Shown here: one piece after another, positions 64,000-64,000 of the stretch
How the letters are laid out: every line of letters begins with the position of its first letter
How positions within the stretch are numbered: position 1 is the first letter of the stretch
IMG/VR virus record: IMGVR_UViG_3300028832_000112
Location: 41,681-105,680 of that record
Strand: one strand, 5' to 3'
DNA: 64,000 nt
From: a virus
Taxonomy: Duplodnaviria; Caudoviricetes
Notes under the pieces: generated by a model
What the model was told of the DNA's origin: nothing
Database searches by the model: none
The model's input: only the letters and a program-made list of their open reading frames with translations
Translations under genes and position numbers: made by a program

Positions 64000-64000
64000 T

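Noticed and set aside
1-64000. CRISPR array, tRNA or rRNA genes
   Set aside because: No regularly spaced repeats or cloverleaf sequences seen; intergenic gaps are short and explained by promoters and terminators
1-64000. Stop-codon reassignment as in some gut jumbo phages
   Set aside because: Genes tile densely in the standard code and end in TAA, TAG and TGA at sensible domain boundaries

Overview
This window looks like part of a large T4-like (jumbo) myovirus genome, probably infecting Fibrobacter. The host inference rests on a 1,606-aa secreted cadherin-repeat protein of Fibrobacter type. It holds about 105 tightly packed genes in the standard code, mostly small hypotheticals. Recognisable products include a T4 Rnl1-like RNA ligase, guanylate kinase, a ClpP-like protease, a Nudix hydrolase, patatin, dUTPase, a PQ-loop protein, a glycosyltransferase, TIGR02452 PARG, a CpdA-like phosphoesterase, a radical SAM protein, DUF1848, an AAA_28 kinase, SLOG, T4 30.3/NADAR, ASCH and YqeY. 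There are also two tnpB elements with no transposase in the window. The regulatory grammar is very regular: sigma70-type promoters (TTGACA-N17-TATATT, usually TTGC-TATATT) that are often interlocked in divergent pairs, often embedded in the upstream terminator, and in 12 cases place the ATG 6-7 nt after the -10 box (leaderless mRNAs). A second motif, ATAAACT, is a candidate late promoter. The best candidate for a new system is a set of apparent decoys of immune-triggering virion proteins: two paralogous early proteins ending in a major-capsid Gol-peptide-like segment, and a catalytically dead terminase ATPase domain. A second candidate is an IS607-like tnpB element inserted just behind a phage promoter that rebuilds the same promoter at its right end. 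All protein family calls are by-eye motif recognition; no database searches were run.
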